DNA of 59,023 nucleotides. It comes from Candidatus Zapsychrus exili (GTDB lineage: Bacteria > Omnitrophota > Gorgyraeia > Zapsychrales > Zapsychraceae). The notes under the pieces are model-generated. The model did not search any database. It worked only from the letters and a program-made list of their open reading frames with translations, and was not told where the DNA came from. The position numbers and the translations under genes were made by a program. Positions within the stretch are counted from its first letter, which is position 1; every line of letters begins with the position of its first letter. Positions 29,368 to 38,981 of the stretch are shown piece after piece. The stretch spans positions 1 to 59,023 of the forward strand of contig JAVCCJ010000070.1 of NCBI GenBank assembly GCA_030765585.1. Reading direction: 5' to 3'.

Positions 29368-30129
29368 CTACTCCACAACAAGTTTCGATTTCATGCTATG
29401 ATGGCCTCGACCACAATAAACAGAACAAAGAATATCAAATTCTCCTGCTTTATCAGCAACGAACTCAATCTCCTTAACTTTTCCCTTCTCAACTTTTTCA
29501 CTAATTCCATACTCCTTAATAAAAATTCCATGAGGAACATCACGAGAAGTGGCAAGAATCTTCACTACCTCACCTTTTTTAACAACTACTCTCTCGGGTG
29601 AATATCCGTACTGATAAGCTTCTAAGTGAATTTCTTGAACTTCACCTTTTGCCTTCTTTTGGTCTTCAGAAACTTCACCTGAATGAGATTCTTTTTTACC
29701 ATGCATATCTTTTATCGCATGCGAATCCATTTCTCCCATCATATGTTTGCTGTGATCATGATCGAGATCTTCTCCATGTATTTTTTGCTGCTCCATTGAC
29801 TCTTCAATAATCTTTACATATTTCTCAGGATCGTCTTTGAATGTACTGAGGCATCCTGCACAGCATAAATTGTAAATCTTACCCTTATATTCATATTTTA
29901 CTGCAGGTCCCATTGCGCCAACCGTTTCTCCGCTTATAGGGCAAATTTTATTGCCCATTTCAACAGCTTCCGAAGCTTCTTCTTCCATATGCCCCGTCAT
30001 TGATCCTTTATGCTCCTGTTCCATCATAGAACCTTTATGCTCCTGATGACCATGTTCTTCAGCAGCTAATGCATAAGTTGCAATAGATGAAATAATAAAT
30101 GCTGTCATTAAAATTGTTTTTACTCTCAT
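29368..30129 (-). CDS. Exported YHS-cupredoxin fusion protein
   Basis: Signal peptide, YHS (CPISG...LCCAGC), C-terminal DVPHG...CSVYCGRGHHSM CuA-type motif. Confidence 0.85.
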   Translation of the reverse strand: MRVKTILMTAFIISSIATYALAAEEHGHQEHKGSMMEQEHKGSMTGHMEEEASEAVEMGNKICPISGETVGAMGPAVKYEYKGKIYNLCCAGCLSTFKDDPEKYVKIIEESMEQQKIHGEDLDHDHSKHMMGEMDSHAIKDMHGKKESHSGEVSEDQKKAKGEVQEIHLEAYQYGYSPERVVVKKGEVVKILATSRDVPHGIFIKEYGISEKVEKGKVKEIEFVADKAGEFDILCSVYCGRGHHSMKSKLVVE

Positions 30130-30138
30130 TTTGTCCTC

Positions 30139-30513
30139 CTATTCTTTATTAGACAGTTCTTCTGTTTGATTATTTTCCCTTGGAACAACATAAGATGCCT
30201 GAGCAATTCCGCCTTCCTTACAATACATTTTTACGTTTATAATTTCGTTAGCTTCGAGCTCAGTCGAAATACTTTTAGAGGCATCTTTGGTTTGGTTCTG
30301 TCGCATATAATATGAATCTTGCGATTCACCGTTTCCTTTAATGATTTCTATTCTCCTGATGTAATGCTTATTCCAATTATGTGAGACATGAACAAAATTA
30401 ATAGTTAACATTTTCTCCGCTTGATAATAATCAACATTGATCTCCATTGGCGGATGAGCAAATGCTGTTGATGCAAAACAAAAAGCTAAAAACAACATAA
30501 TAATTATTTTCAT
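30139..30513 (-). CDS. Exported His-rich hypothetical protein
   Basis: Signal peptide ending AFA, mature HPP..., VHVSH...HYI. Confidence 0.75.
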   Translation of the reverse strand: MKIIIMLFLAFCFASTAFAHPPMEINVDYYQAEKMLTINFVHVSHNWNKHYIRRIEIIKGNGESQDSYYMRQNQTKDASKSISTELEANEIINVKMYCKEGGIAQASYVVPRENNQTEELSNKE

Positions 30514-30555
30514 TTTACCCTTCTCTTTTATTCTATTCTTTACACAAAAAAGAAA

Positions 30556-30921
30556 TTACCCATGACAACTTTGAATCTCACCGCAAACATCATCCTGGGG
30601 TGGTTCCTGCATGCTTGCATCGATTTTCTCTATGTATTTCTTTGGATCTTTCTTAAATATGTCGATACAACCTGCACAACAAAGATTATACACTTTGCTT
30701 TCATGCTTAATTTTAACTGCATTTCCTTCACCAATTTTCTTGCCCATAACCGGACAATTCTTATTTCCGACTTCAACATCTGATGAGTTTATCTTACTCT
30801 CTTGACTCTCTATCTTGCGAGATCCACAACCGCAACTACCTCCACAAGCATAAGCAAGCGAATGTCCACTCAACATTAAAAGAACAACCAATAAAACAAT
30901 CAATAATTTATTTTGCATCAA
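30556..30921 (-). CDS. Exported YHS-domain protein
   Basis: CGGSCGCG, GNKNCPVMG...YNLCCAGC...F..DP.KY. Confidence 0.85.
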   Translation of the reverse strand: MMQNKLLIVLLVVLLMLSGHSLAYACGGSCGCGSRKIESQESKINSSDVEVGNKNCPVMGKKIGEGNAVKIKHESKVYNLCCAGCIDIFKKDPKKYIEKIDASMQEPPQDDVCGEIQSCHG

Positions 30922-30933
30922 TGCCTCTTTTTT

Positions 30934-33900
30934 TTAGACTGATTCTTTAACTTTTAATAATTCTCTTTCCTTCAACCAGCAATATCCTACTGGAACGATA
31001 AAGAGTGTAACCAAAGCTACCATCATTCCCCCGACGGATGGTAGAGCCATAGGAATCATGACATCTGCTCCGCGTCCCGCCGAAGTCAATATAGGCAGCA
31101 AAGCCAATATTGTTGTCGCTGTAGTCATAAGACATGGCCTGAGCCTTCTTTGACCAGCAAACAGCGTTGCTTCTCTTATATCTGAAACCTTTTTGGGCTT
31201 GCGTTCCCGAAAACTTTGATCCAAATAAGTGGCCATGACAACTCCATTATCACTAGCAATCCCAAATAACGCTAAGAATCCAACCCAAACGGCAACGCTT
31301 AAATTATAGGTTTGCATATTAAATAAATCTCTAAAATAATGCCCAAAGAAAGGAAGATGCATAAACCACTCTTGAGCATATAGCCATATCAAAATAAAAC
31401 CCCCACAAAAAGCCACAATGATACCGCTGAACACCAACAATGTTGTTGATATCAACTTAAATTGAAAATACAAAATTAGAAAAATAATAAACAAGCTTAG
31501 TGGAAGTACCAAAGCTAGCTTCTTTTCACTTCTAACCTGATTCTCATAACTTCCAGCAAACTTATAACTTGTCCCAGGAGGTAAAATTAATTCTCCTGAT
31601 TCAATCTTACTTTCTAAGTAGTTTTGTGCAGCAATAACAACATCAACTTCTGCCACATTTGGTTTTTTGTCAAAAAGAACATAACCAATCAAAAACGTAT
31701 CCTCACTTTTGACAACTTGTGGACCACGTGTAAATTTTAAAGTTGCGACTTGAGACAAAGGTATTTGCGCTCCGGTTTTTGTGGGTATCAAAACATCCTG
31801 GAGTTCTTCAATCGAATCTCTGAGCTCTCTTGGATACCTTACTCGCACAGGATATCTTTCACGCCCCTCGACCGTTGTTGTAAGAGTCATTCCTCCAATA
31901 GCAACTTCAACAACATTTTGAACATCACCAATATTTATACCATAACGAGCAATCTTTTCTCGGTCAATTTCAAATTCTATATAGGGTTTACCCACAATAC
32001 GATCAGCAATAACAGCGCTTGGCTCAACACCAGGAACTTCTTTTAAGAATTGTTCTATTTGAAACCCAACAGCCTCAAGTTCTTCTAAATTTTGGCCATA
32101 TACTTTAACTCCCATCGGAGCCCGCATACCTGACTGAAGCATGACAATACGTGCAGCAATTGGCTGCAACTTAGGAGCAGATGTTACCCCGGGAACTTCT
32201 CCTGCCTTAATAATTTCTTTCCATATATCATCTGGCGATTTAATGTGATCTCTCCAGATTCTTTCCCGTTTACCTGTCTTTGGGTCTTTTTCTCCGTACT
32301 CAGGTTTATAACTAATGGTTGTTTCAATCATCGAAATCGGTGCAGGATCTAAAGGTGAGTCCGCACGCCCAAGCTTGCCGACAACAGAATCAACTTCCGG
32401 TATTTGGCTTATGCGAATATTTTGCTTCTGTATAATATCTTGAGCCTCTCCTATTGAAGCATGAGGCATAGTTGTAGGCATGTAAAGAAAGGAGCCTTCA
32501 TCTAATGGCGGCATAAACTCTTTTCCTAATCCAGGAAAAGAATGATTTAATGCGCTCATCGGCCAAATCTTCAAAACAGAAGATTCCTTAATACCAATCT
32601 TGTTCAAAGGCTTTATCAGCGGAGAAATTACAGAAGCAAAACCCAACCAGATTACTATTCCGAAGACAAAAATAGAAAGAGGTATACTTAAAAACAACTT
32701 TTTACGACTTAAGAAATACATTAGAAATTTAGGATAATACTCAATAAATTTGAAAAAGAAAAATATGAGTGATAGCAACGTAGTCCCAACAAAAAGAAAA
32801 TTCAATATAAAACCTTTTCCAAAACCAAGAGGCATCCAATTCGATGTTAAAAATATCATGACAAGAAGGATAGCGATCCAATTAGAATATTTAAGGAAAA
32901 AAGATTTTAATGTACCTGGAATTTTATGTTCAAACAGAATATAGAGACCATATGAAAAGATTCCTGCCCCTAAAACTGTGCTGATTTTCCATGCCACAAT
33001 CGTTGCAACCCCAATAACAATAAATTTTAACTTTCGCTTCATCCCCTCAAGAAACTTCTTGCGCTTTACAAAAAATATGTGCGACAAAGCAGGAACCACT
33101 AACAAAGCTAAGACAACAGAAGCTAGCAATGCAAAAGTCTTCGTGAATGCTAAAGGTTTAAAAAGTTTCCCCTCGGCCCCTGTCATTGTAAAAACTGCCA
33201 AGAATGAAACAATTGTAGTAGATATCGCAGTAAGAATCGCGCCCCCTACCTCATTAGCAGCTTTATGAACAACCTTTAGCGGATTTTCTTGCGCTTGGTT
33301 TTCATCCAAATGTTTCAGAATGTTCTCGCACATAATAATCCCCATATCCACAATCGTCCCTATAGCAATTGCGATACCAGCTAAAGACATAATGTTGGCA
33401 TCCACCTTAAATATTTTCATCATAATAAACGCCATTAAAACAGCTAAAGGCAAAGTCATGGAGACAACTAAAGAACTTCTGAAATGCATCAAAAAAAGAA
33501 GAATAACAATAATAGTGATCAATATTTGTTGTGTTAAAGCTTCGCTCAGTGTGCCTAATGTTTCGTTAATGAGTCGAGTGCGGTCATAGAACGGAACAAT
33601 TTTTACTTTTGAAACAGTGCCATCCTCAAGTATTTTTGTGGGCAACCCCGGCTCAAGCTGTTTAATCTTCTCCTTGACTCTTTTAATAATAGCCATAGGA
33701 TTCCCACCGTAGCGGGAAACCACAACTCCGCCCACAACATCAGCGCCTTCTTTGTTAAGAACTCCTCGTCGTAATGCAGGCCCTAAGATTACTTGAGTTG
33801 CAATATTTTTAACATAGATCGGAACATTATCATTTACTTTGACAACAATGTTTTCAACATCTTCGAGACTTTTAATGAATCCAATACCACGCACAACATA

Positions 33901-34611
33901 TTCAACACGATTTGATTCTATTGTTTTTGCCCCGACATCAATATTCGCATTTTTAACAGCCATTATAATGTCTTTCAGGCCTACTTTATAAGCACGCATA
34001 GCATCTGGATCTACATCAATTTGATACTCTTTTACAAATCCACCTACAGAAGCAACCTCGCTAACTCCCTCAGTTGATTGCAAACCATATTTAACATACC
34101 AATCCTGGATAGAACGCAATTCGTCCAATCCAAAACCTTCACCTTCCAATGTATACCAAAATATCTGTCCTAAAGCAGTTGCGTCAGGACCAATAACGGG
34201 TATAAGGCCATCAGGTATATCTTTCTGCGCACTATTTAACCGCTCTAATACACGAGACCTAGACCAATAAAAATCAACATCATCCTTAAAGATAATATAA
34301 ATCGTGGAGAAGCCAAACGCTGAATAGCTGCGAATACTTTTAACACCAGGGATTCCTTGCAATGCAACAGCCAAAGGATAGGTAATCTGATCCTCCACAT
34401 CTTGTGGAGAACGCCCCATCCAGTCTGTAAAAACAATTTGCTGATTCTCTCCGATATCAGGAAAAGCATCAACAGGGACAGGGCTACGTGGAATCGCACT
34501 CTCCTTAATATCAAATGGCATAACAGATATTCCCCAAAGCAAAATTCCAACAACAAACAGAGTTGTCACCAACTTATTTTCAAGAAAGAATTTTATAAAT
34601 TTATTAATCAT
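30934..34611 (-). CDS. cusA: CusA/CzcA heavy-metal RND permease
   Basis: GRSPQDVEDQITYP, GPDATALGQ, EFMPPLDEG..LYMPTTMP, RLRPCLMT. Confidence 0.93.
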   Translation of the reverse strand: MINKFIKFFLENKLVTTLFVVGILLWGISVMPFDIKESAIPRSPVPVDAFPDIGENQQIVFTDWMGRSPQDVEDQITYPLAVALQGIPGVKSIRSYSAFGFSTIYIIFKDDVDFYWSRSRVLERLNSAQKDIPDGLIPVIGPDATALGQIFWYTLEGEGFGLDELRSIQDWYVKYGLQSTEGVSEVASVGGFVKEYQIDVDPDAMRAYKVGLKDIIMAVKNANIDVGAKTIESNRVEYVVRGIGFIKSLEDVENIVVKVNDNVPIYVKNIATQVILGPALRRGVLNKEGADVVGGVVVSRYGGNPMAIIKRVKEKIKQLEPGLPTKILEDGTVSKVKIVPFYDRTRLINETLGTLSEALTQQILITIIVILLFLMHFRSSLVVSMTLPLAVLMAFIMMKIFKVDANIMSLAGIAIAIGTIVDMGIIMCENILKHLDENQAQENPLKVVHKAANEVGGAILTAISTTIVSFLAVFTMTGAEGKLFKPLAFTKTFALLASVVLALLVVPALSHIFFVKRKKFLEGMKRKLKFIVIGVATIVAWKISTVLGAGIFSYGLYILFEHKIPGTLKSFFLKYSNWIAILLVMIFLTSNWMPLGFGKGFILNFLFVGTTLLSLIFFFFKFIEYYPKFLMYFLSRKKLFLSIPLSIFVFGIVIWLGFASVISPLIKPLNKIGIKESSVLKIWPMSALNHSFPGLGKEFMPPLDEGSFLYMPTTMPHASIGEAQDIIQKQNIRISQIPEVDSVVGKLGRADSPLDPAPISMIETTISYKPEYGEKDPKTGKRERIWRDHIKSPDDIWKEIIKAGEVPGVTSAPKLQPIAARIVMLQSGMRAPMGVKVYGQNLEELEAVGFQIEQFLKEVPGVEPSAVIADRIVGKPYIEFEIDREKIARYGINIGDVQNVVEVAIGGMTLTTTVEGRERYPVRVRYPRELRDSIEELQDVLIPTKTGAQIPLSQVATLKFTRGPQVVKSEDTFLIGYVLFDKKPNVAEVDVVIAAQNYLESKIESGELILPPGTSYKFAGSYENQVRSEKKLALVLPLSLFIIFLILYFQFKLISTTLLVFSGIIVAFCGGFILIWLYAQEWFMHLPFFGHYFRDLFNMQTYNLSVAVWVGFLALFGIASDNGVVMATYLDQSFRERKPKKVSDIREATLFAGQRRLRPCLMTTATTILALLPILTSAGRGADVMIPMALPSVGGMMVALVTLFIVPVGYCWLKERELLKVKESV

Positions 34612-34671
34612 GCTTTATTCTCCTAATTATGTACCTCGTATACTTAACAATATTTATATGTTCCAAGTTAA

Positions 34672-36702
34672 TTACATCTCATGCCCTGCATGGCCAGTCA
34701 TTGGCTTTGATTCTTTAATTTTTCTTCCATATTCTTCTTTGACTTCTCCGCATTCAAGCATTTCTGCTCCATAATATGGATTCCTAATCTGCTCAGTATC
34801 AGCAAGCCAATATGCCCCCTTGCCAAAAGCCATTGGACAAAAACTCAAATACAACTTTAAGTCTTCTTTATACTCGTATTTATCTAATACGCTTCTGAGT
34901 ATTTCAGAAACCTCAGAGAGTTGATTCCTTAAGGAGTCCAAGTCATGTTTAATTGTCTCTAATTTCTGGGCTAGCAAATTGATTTCCAAAGCAATACCTG
35001 TTTCTTTGCCTTTTAAAAAATTCACCTCTACTATTTTTGTTATTTGATCTCTAAATTTCTCAAGATTTTGACCAGCTTTATGCACATTATCCTCTGCAAG
35101 TGCTTTAGAAACTTCCAAATAATAAGGTAAAGCCGGAGTTAACAATGCTGCACTTTCAATGGTTGTGCTATAGTTTTTAGACATTACATTTTCACCTTCG
35201 CTATAATACCCTGCAGGATTCATCATGCTAGGTTTAGCCAGTATTTGAAGGGCACTATCTATCTTAAAATTCCCATTCGTAACAACCTTTTCGCCCGCTT
35301 TTAATCCCGAGAGTACAACATAGTTCTTGCCAGCGCGTGGGCCAAGCACAACTTCCCTGCCTTCATAGCGTTTAGTACTGCTTTTATTAGTTTCATTCTC
35401 GACATAAACAACTGCTCTTTTCCCTGTGATCAAAGGAGCTGTTTTAGGAATAGTAAGAACCTGCTTCTTATCTGTAGGTTTTTCAGCGAAACCAAATTCA
35501 CTTGTTTTTATTAAATCCATTCCACAAATATCACATGGTTCTTGGCTTACCTTAATAATATCTGGATGCATTGGGCAAATCCATTTACCCGCTAAATCCT
35601 CTTCAAATACCTTTCCTCCATCACCCAAAACAGCATTAATTATGGCTCTAACAAACATTCCAGGTTTAAGCTTCTCTCCCTTATTATTGACATTAACGCG
35701 CAGTTTAATTGTTCTTGTTTTTTCATCTACAAATGGATCGACAAAGGCAATTTTTCCTAGGAATATTTCTCCAGGATAACTTTCTGTTTCAATTTTTACA
35801 TCTTGTCCATAATGCAACCACTGAATGTCACTTTCATATGCTTCTAAAAATAACCAAACCTTGCTTAAATCAGCTATTGTGTAAATTTTGTCTCCTGTTT
35901 TTACATACATTCCCTCAAAACCATTCTTATGAATAACTGTTCCCTTAACAGGAGAATATATAGTCATATGCTCATCAGGTGTTCCGCGTTTAACGATTCC
36001 TTCAACCTGCTCTCCTTTGATTCCATATAACCTTAACTTTTCTTTAGCACTTTCTAACGTTGTTTTTGCTGTGTCCCGTATGACGCTTAAACTACTATCC
36101 TTTGTCTCTTTCAGATTTTTTATCGCTTGCAAATATTCTTCCTGTGTAGCTAATAATTCCGGGCTATAAAGCTTAATAAGATGATCACCTTCTCTTACTT
36201 TTGTTCCCGTAAAATCCACAAAGAGTCTATCTATACGACCAGACACCCATGCACTAATATAAGAAAGACTTGTCTCATCATAATCAACCTTACCAACTAA
36301 CCTAACTTCGTTAGAAACTTCCCTGTATTTAACTTCTGCTGTCTCTACTTCAGCTAACTTTTGACCAACTTCGTTAAGTGTCAAAGAAACTTCAGAACCC
36401 TCTTCATCATCCCCTACGCCTTCATAAACAGGAATAAGATCCATAGCGCATATAGGGCATTGACCTTCCTTGGGAAGCTTTATTTGAGGATGCATAGAAC
36501 ATGTCCAATACTTTAATTTCTTTTCTTGTGAACTTCCCGACATATTATGTCCAGTATGAGGATCGCCTCCTTTTGAAGAACGTCCGGAAAATACATTGGC
36601 GATGAGAAGACCAGCTACAACGCCAACTACAATGAGCTTCCAATGTCTTTTGCCCTCATTTAAAAGCTCATCTTTTAAGTTTTTAAAGAATTTATTAAGC
36701 AT
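34672..36702 (-). CDS. cusB: CusB-like periplasmic adaptor with two heavy-metal-binding motifs and a DUF3347-like C-terminus
   Basis: WTCSMHPQI..CPICAMDL, YSPEL, LKPGMF, CPMHP..CGMDL, CPMA...W...NPYYG..ML.CG. Confidence 0.9.
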   Translation of the reverse strand: MLNKFFKNLKDELLNEGKRHWKLIVVGVVAGLLIANVFSGRSSKGGDPHTGHNMSGSSQEKKLKYWTCSMHPQIKLPKEGQCPICAMDLIPVYEGVGDDEEGSEVSLTLNEVGQKLAEVETAEVKYREVSNEVRLVGKVDYDETSLSYISAWVSGRIDRLFVDFTGTKVREGDHLIKLYSPELLATQEEYLQAIKNLKETKDSSLSVIRDTAKTTLESAKEKLRLYGIKGEQVEGIVKRGTPDEHMTIYSPVKGTVIHKNGFEGMYVKTGDKIYTIADLSKVWLFLEAYESDIQWLHYGQDVKIETESYPGEIFLGKIAFVDPFVDEKTRTIKLRVNVNNKGEKLKPGMFVRAIINAVLGDGGKVFEEDLAGKWICPMHPDIIKVSQEPCDICGMDLIKTSEFGFAEKPTDKKQVLTIPKTAPLITGKRAVVYVENETNKSSTKRYEGREVVLGPRAGKNYVVLSGLKAGEKVVTNGNFKIDSALQILAKPSMMNPAGYYSEGENVMSKNYSTTIESAALLTPALPYYLEVSKALAEDNVHKAGQNLEKFRDQITKIVEVNFLKGKETGIALEINLLAQKLETIKHDLDSLRNQLSEVSEILRSVLDKYEYKEDLKLYLSFCPMAFGKGAYWLADTEQIRNPYYGAEMLECGEVKEEYGRKIKESKPMTGHAGHEM

Positions 36703-36741
36703 GACTTTTCTCCTTTTTATTTAAAAAAATATTCTTTGCTA

Positions 36742-38118
36742 TTACTCCCTGTCTTTCTGAATCTCTCCCAACAAACTTTGCAATTCAGATAGACGCTGAT
36801 AGAAATTTGCATTATGTCGATAATAAGATAATTGAAAACTAAGAAGAACTCTCTGAGCATCTATGAGAGAAAGAAACTCCACGTTCCCACCTTCATATCC
36901 AGATTGAGTCGCATTTAATGTCTGCGTTGCCTTAGGCAATAATGCATCTTTATATAACTCTGACTGTCTTAGCGCGTCACGTAACTTATAATGAACCATC
37001 GCTAATTTTGAGGACAATTCGTTCTCTTTATTCTCTAATAAATTTTCTGATGCCTTTAAAGATGCCTTTGCCTCCTGTACTCCTGCATTCAAACGATTAA
37101 CCCATATCGGCACATTCACCGAGAACATAACCATTTGCGCATCCTTGCCACTGTCGGCTAATGATGGATTAAGAGCGTCACCTGTGTCAATTTGAGTAAA
37201 TCCTACAGTCAAATCAGGAAAATATTCTCTTTTGGCAAGTTTCAGACTATCCTTAATCTTTTCAACTTGGCTGAAAAGTGCCAACAGCTCAGGATTATTT
37301 TCCTTTAGAATGTCATATAGATTTTCTATTTCATTATATTTGTCTTGCATCACAGAAACTTCAAGAGATTCGTTAGGCCACGGCAAAGAATTATTTTTAG
37401 GTAAGTTTAATAGTGCATTTAGTCGAGTTGCTAATGGCGCTCGCAAATCTTGCAAGCTATATAGATCGCTCTCAAGTTTACCAAGCTCTACTTGTACTTT
37501 TAATAAATCTTGATTTTTTACCAAAGCTGATTTATATCTTGCTTGCGCAACACTTTCAAAATTCTTCAAAAGTTTTATGTTTTCCTCCATTAAAAGTATT
37601 GCCTTATTGAGATATGCATATTCATAATAAACATCGGAGATCAAATAAATAAGATCAAGCTGTTTCTTTTCAAAATTATGATACGCTTCCTCAGAAGCTT
37701 TAAAAGCTTTGTTCTTACGAATCCAGAGCTTATCAGGAAGCGGCAATTTCTGTTTTATAGAGAAGGCTCTTTCTTGTGGGCCTACTCGAGTCTCCACTGA
37801 CTCGACATAATTTGTAAAAGTAAACTGAGGATCAGGAAGAGAAAATTCTTTCGAAATTTTCTTAAACGAAGATTTCCATTTATAGAATGCCACCCTAAGG
37901 CCAGGGTTATTCTTTAGCCCTACCTTAATATAATCATCTAAATTTGCGTCCTCATCTATTGTTGTAACTACACTCTTTTCATTTTCTCGCACAATACTCT
38001 CTTCTTTTATTAATTGTTTTCTTCTTTCCGAAATATTAACATCAGCATAGCTAAAATTTATTTGTGCGCACATCAATATTAAAACGACTAGACTAACTTT
38101 TAATTTATTTGATAACAT
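36742..38118 (-). CDS. TolC family outer-membrane efflux protein
   Basis: NNPGL, LPDP, YFPDL, FLSLIDAQR; AGGAGG before ATG 38118. Confidence 0.9.
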   Translation of the reverse strand: MLSNKLKVSLVVLILMCAQINFSYADVNISERRKQLIKEESIVRENEKSVVTTIDEDANLDDYIKVGLKNNPGLRVAFYKWKSSFKKISKEFSLPDPQFTFTNYVESVETRVGPQERAFSIKQKLPLPDKLWIRKNKAFKASEEAYHNFEKKQLDLIYLISDVYYEYAYLNKAILLMEENIKLLKNFESVAQARYKSALVKNQDLLKVQVELGKLESDLYSLQDLRAPLATRLNALLNLPKNNSLPWPNESLEVSVMQDKYNEIENLYDILKENNPELLALFSQVEKIKDSLKLAKREYFPDLTVGFTQIDTGDALNPSLADSGKDAQMVMFSVNVPIWVNRLNAGVQEAKASLKASENLLENKENELSSKLAMVHYKLRDALRQSELYKDALLPKATQTLNATQSGYEGGNVEFLSLIDAQRVLLSFQLSYYRHNANFYQRLSELQSLLGEIQKDRE

Positions 38119-38152
38119 GTGTTTCCTCCTTTTAAAATAAATTGCGTTGCCA

Positions 38153-38266
38153 TCATAACTCATTGGGAATACATGCCGTTAACAAGCCTACTTCTTCTAT
38201 ATATTCCATTCCGATATTAAAATTAGACAGATCTTCCATTAAAATATAAAAATATTTCTTATTCAT
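38153..38266 (-). CDS. Possible 37-aa small protein between csoR and tolC
   Basis: MNKKYFYILMEDLSNFNIGMEYIEEVGLLTACIPNEL; GGAGGT 7 nt upstream, inside the csoR 3' end. Confidence 0.4.
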   Translation of the reverse strand: MNKKYFYILMEDLSNFNIGMEYIEEVGLLTACIPNEL

Positions 38267-38267
38267 A

Positions 38268-38552
38268 TTAAATACCTCCACGGTATTTGCTTAGTAAACT
38301 AATAGCTTCATCAATTTTATTTTGCCTATCTGACTCCGACTTACCTTTTAAAGCATCCTTTACGCAAGTCTCTAAGTGTTTTTTAAAAACCTTCTCTTGA
38401 ACACTTACAATAGCTCTTGTAACTGACCTAAACTGAGTTAATATATCTACGCAATATCTTCCCTCTTCAATCATTTTTTGAATACCTCTGACTTGTCCTT
38501 CAATTCTTTTTAAGGCAATTATTTGATTCTTATGACATGGATGTTTTTTCAT
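38268..38552 (-). CDS. csoR: CsoR/RcnR metal-sensitive repressor
   Basis: LKRIEGQVRGIQKMIEEGRYCVDIL...HLETCV. Confidence 0.92.
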   Translation of the reverse strand: MKKHPCHKNQIIALKRIEGQVRGIQKMIEEGRYCVDILTQFRSVTRAIVSVQEKVFKKHLETCVKDALKGKSESDRQNKIDEAISLLSKYRGGI

Positions 38553-38574
38553 AACATTTTCTCCTTTCACCCAT

Positions 38575-38604
38575 AATATACCATACCCCCCCAGGGTATG
38601 TCAA
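38575..38604 (-). promoter_or_regulatory. Promoter with a CsoR-type G/C-tract operator
   Basis: TTGACA-18 nt-TATATT; CATACCC-CCCCA-GGGTATG palindrome at 38582-38600. Confidence 0.8.
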
Positions 38605-38678
38605 ATATAAAAAAATAATGAATTTAATTTGTCAAAAAACTTTTTAAGTTAAATAATGGTATGCCCAAAACAATCTTT

Positions 38679-38867
38679 TTATTTCTCACTTTTTCCTCTT
38701 AGCTCATCTATATAATACTGATGGCATTTCTTGCAAACGCCTTTTTCTTTTTCCCACTCAGGATGCTGCGTTCTTATATAATCCACTATATGCCCTTCAG
38801 TATGTTTTATATAAGCTAATGAATCGCCATTAACCTCTTCTTTGCAAATACTACAAACATATATCAT
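38679..38867 (-). CDS. Small Cys/His putative metal-binding protein
   Basis: 62 aa, CSIC...H...H...HPEW...CKKC; AGGAG RBS. Confidence 0.8.
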   Translation of the reverse strand: MIYVCSICKEEVNGDSLAYIKHTEGHIVDYIRTQHPEWEKEKGVCKKCHQYYIDELRGKSEK

Positions 38868-38896
38868 AGCTGACTCCTATATAATTTCTAATTCCT

Positions 38897-38977
38897 TGTC
38901 ATTCCTGCGAAGGCAGGAATCTCTTCTTTTAGCTAAAAGATTCCGGTATTTTTGCTTTGCAAAAAACCGGAATGACA
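38897..38977. repeat. Palindromic element TGTCATTCC...GGAATGACA
   Basis: Right half is the reverse complement (1 mismatch) of the 6570-6610 unit. Confidence 0.85.
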
Positions 38978-38981
38978 GTAT

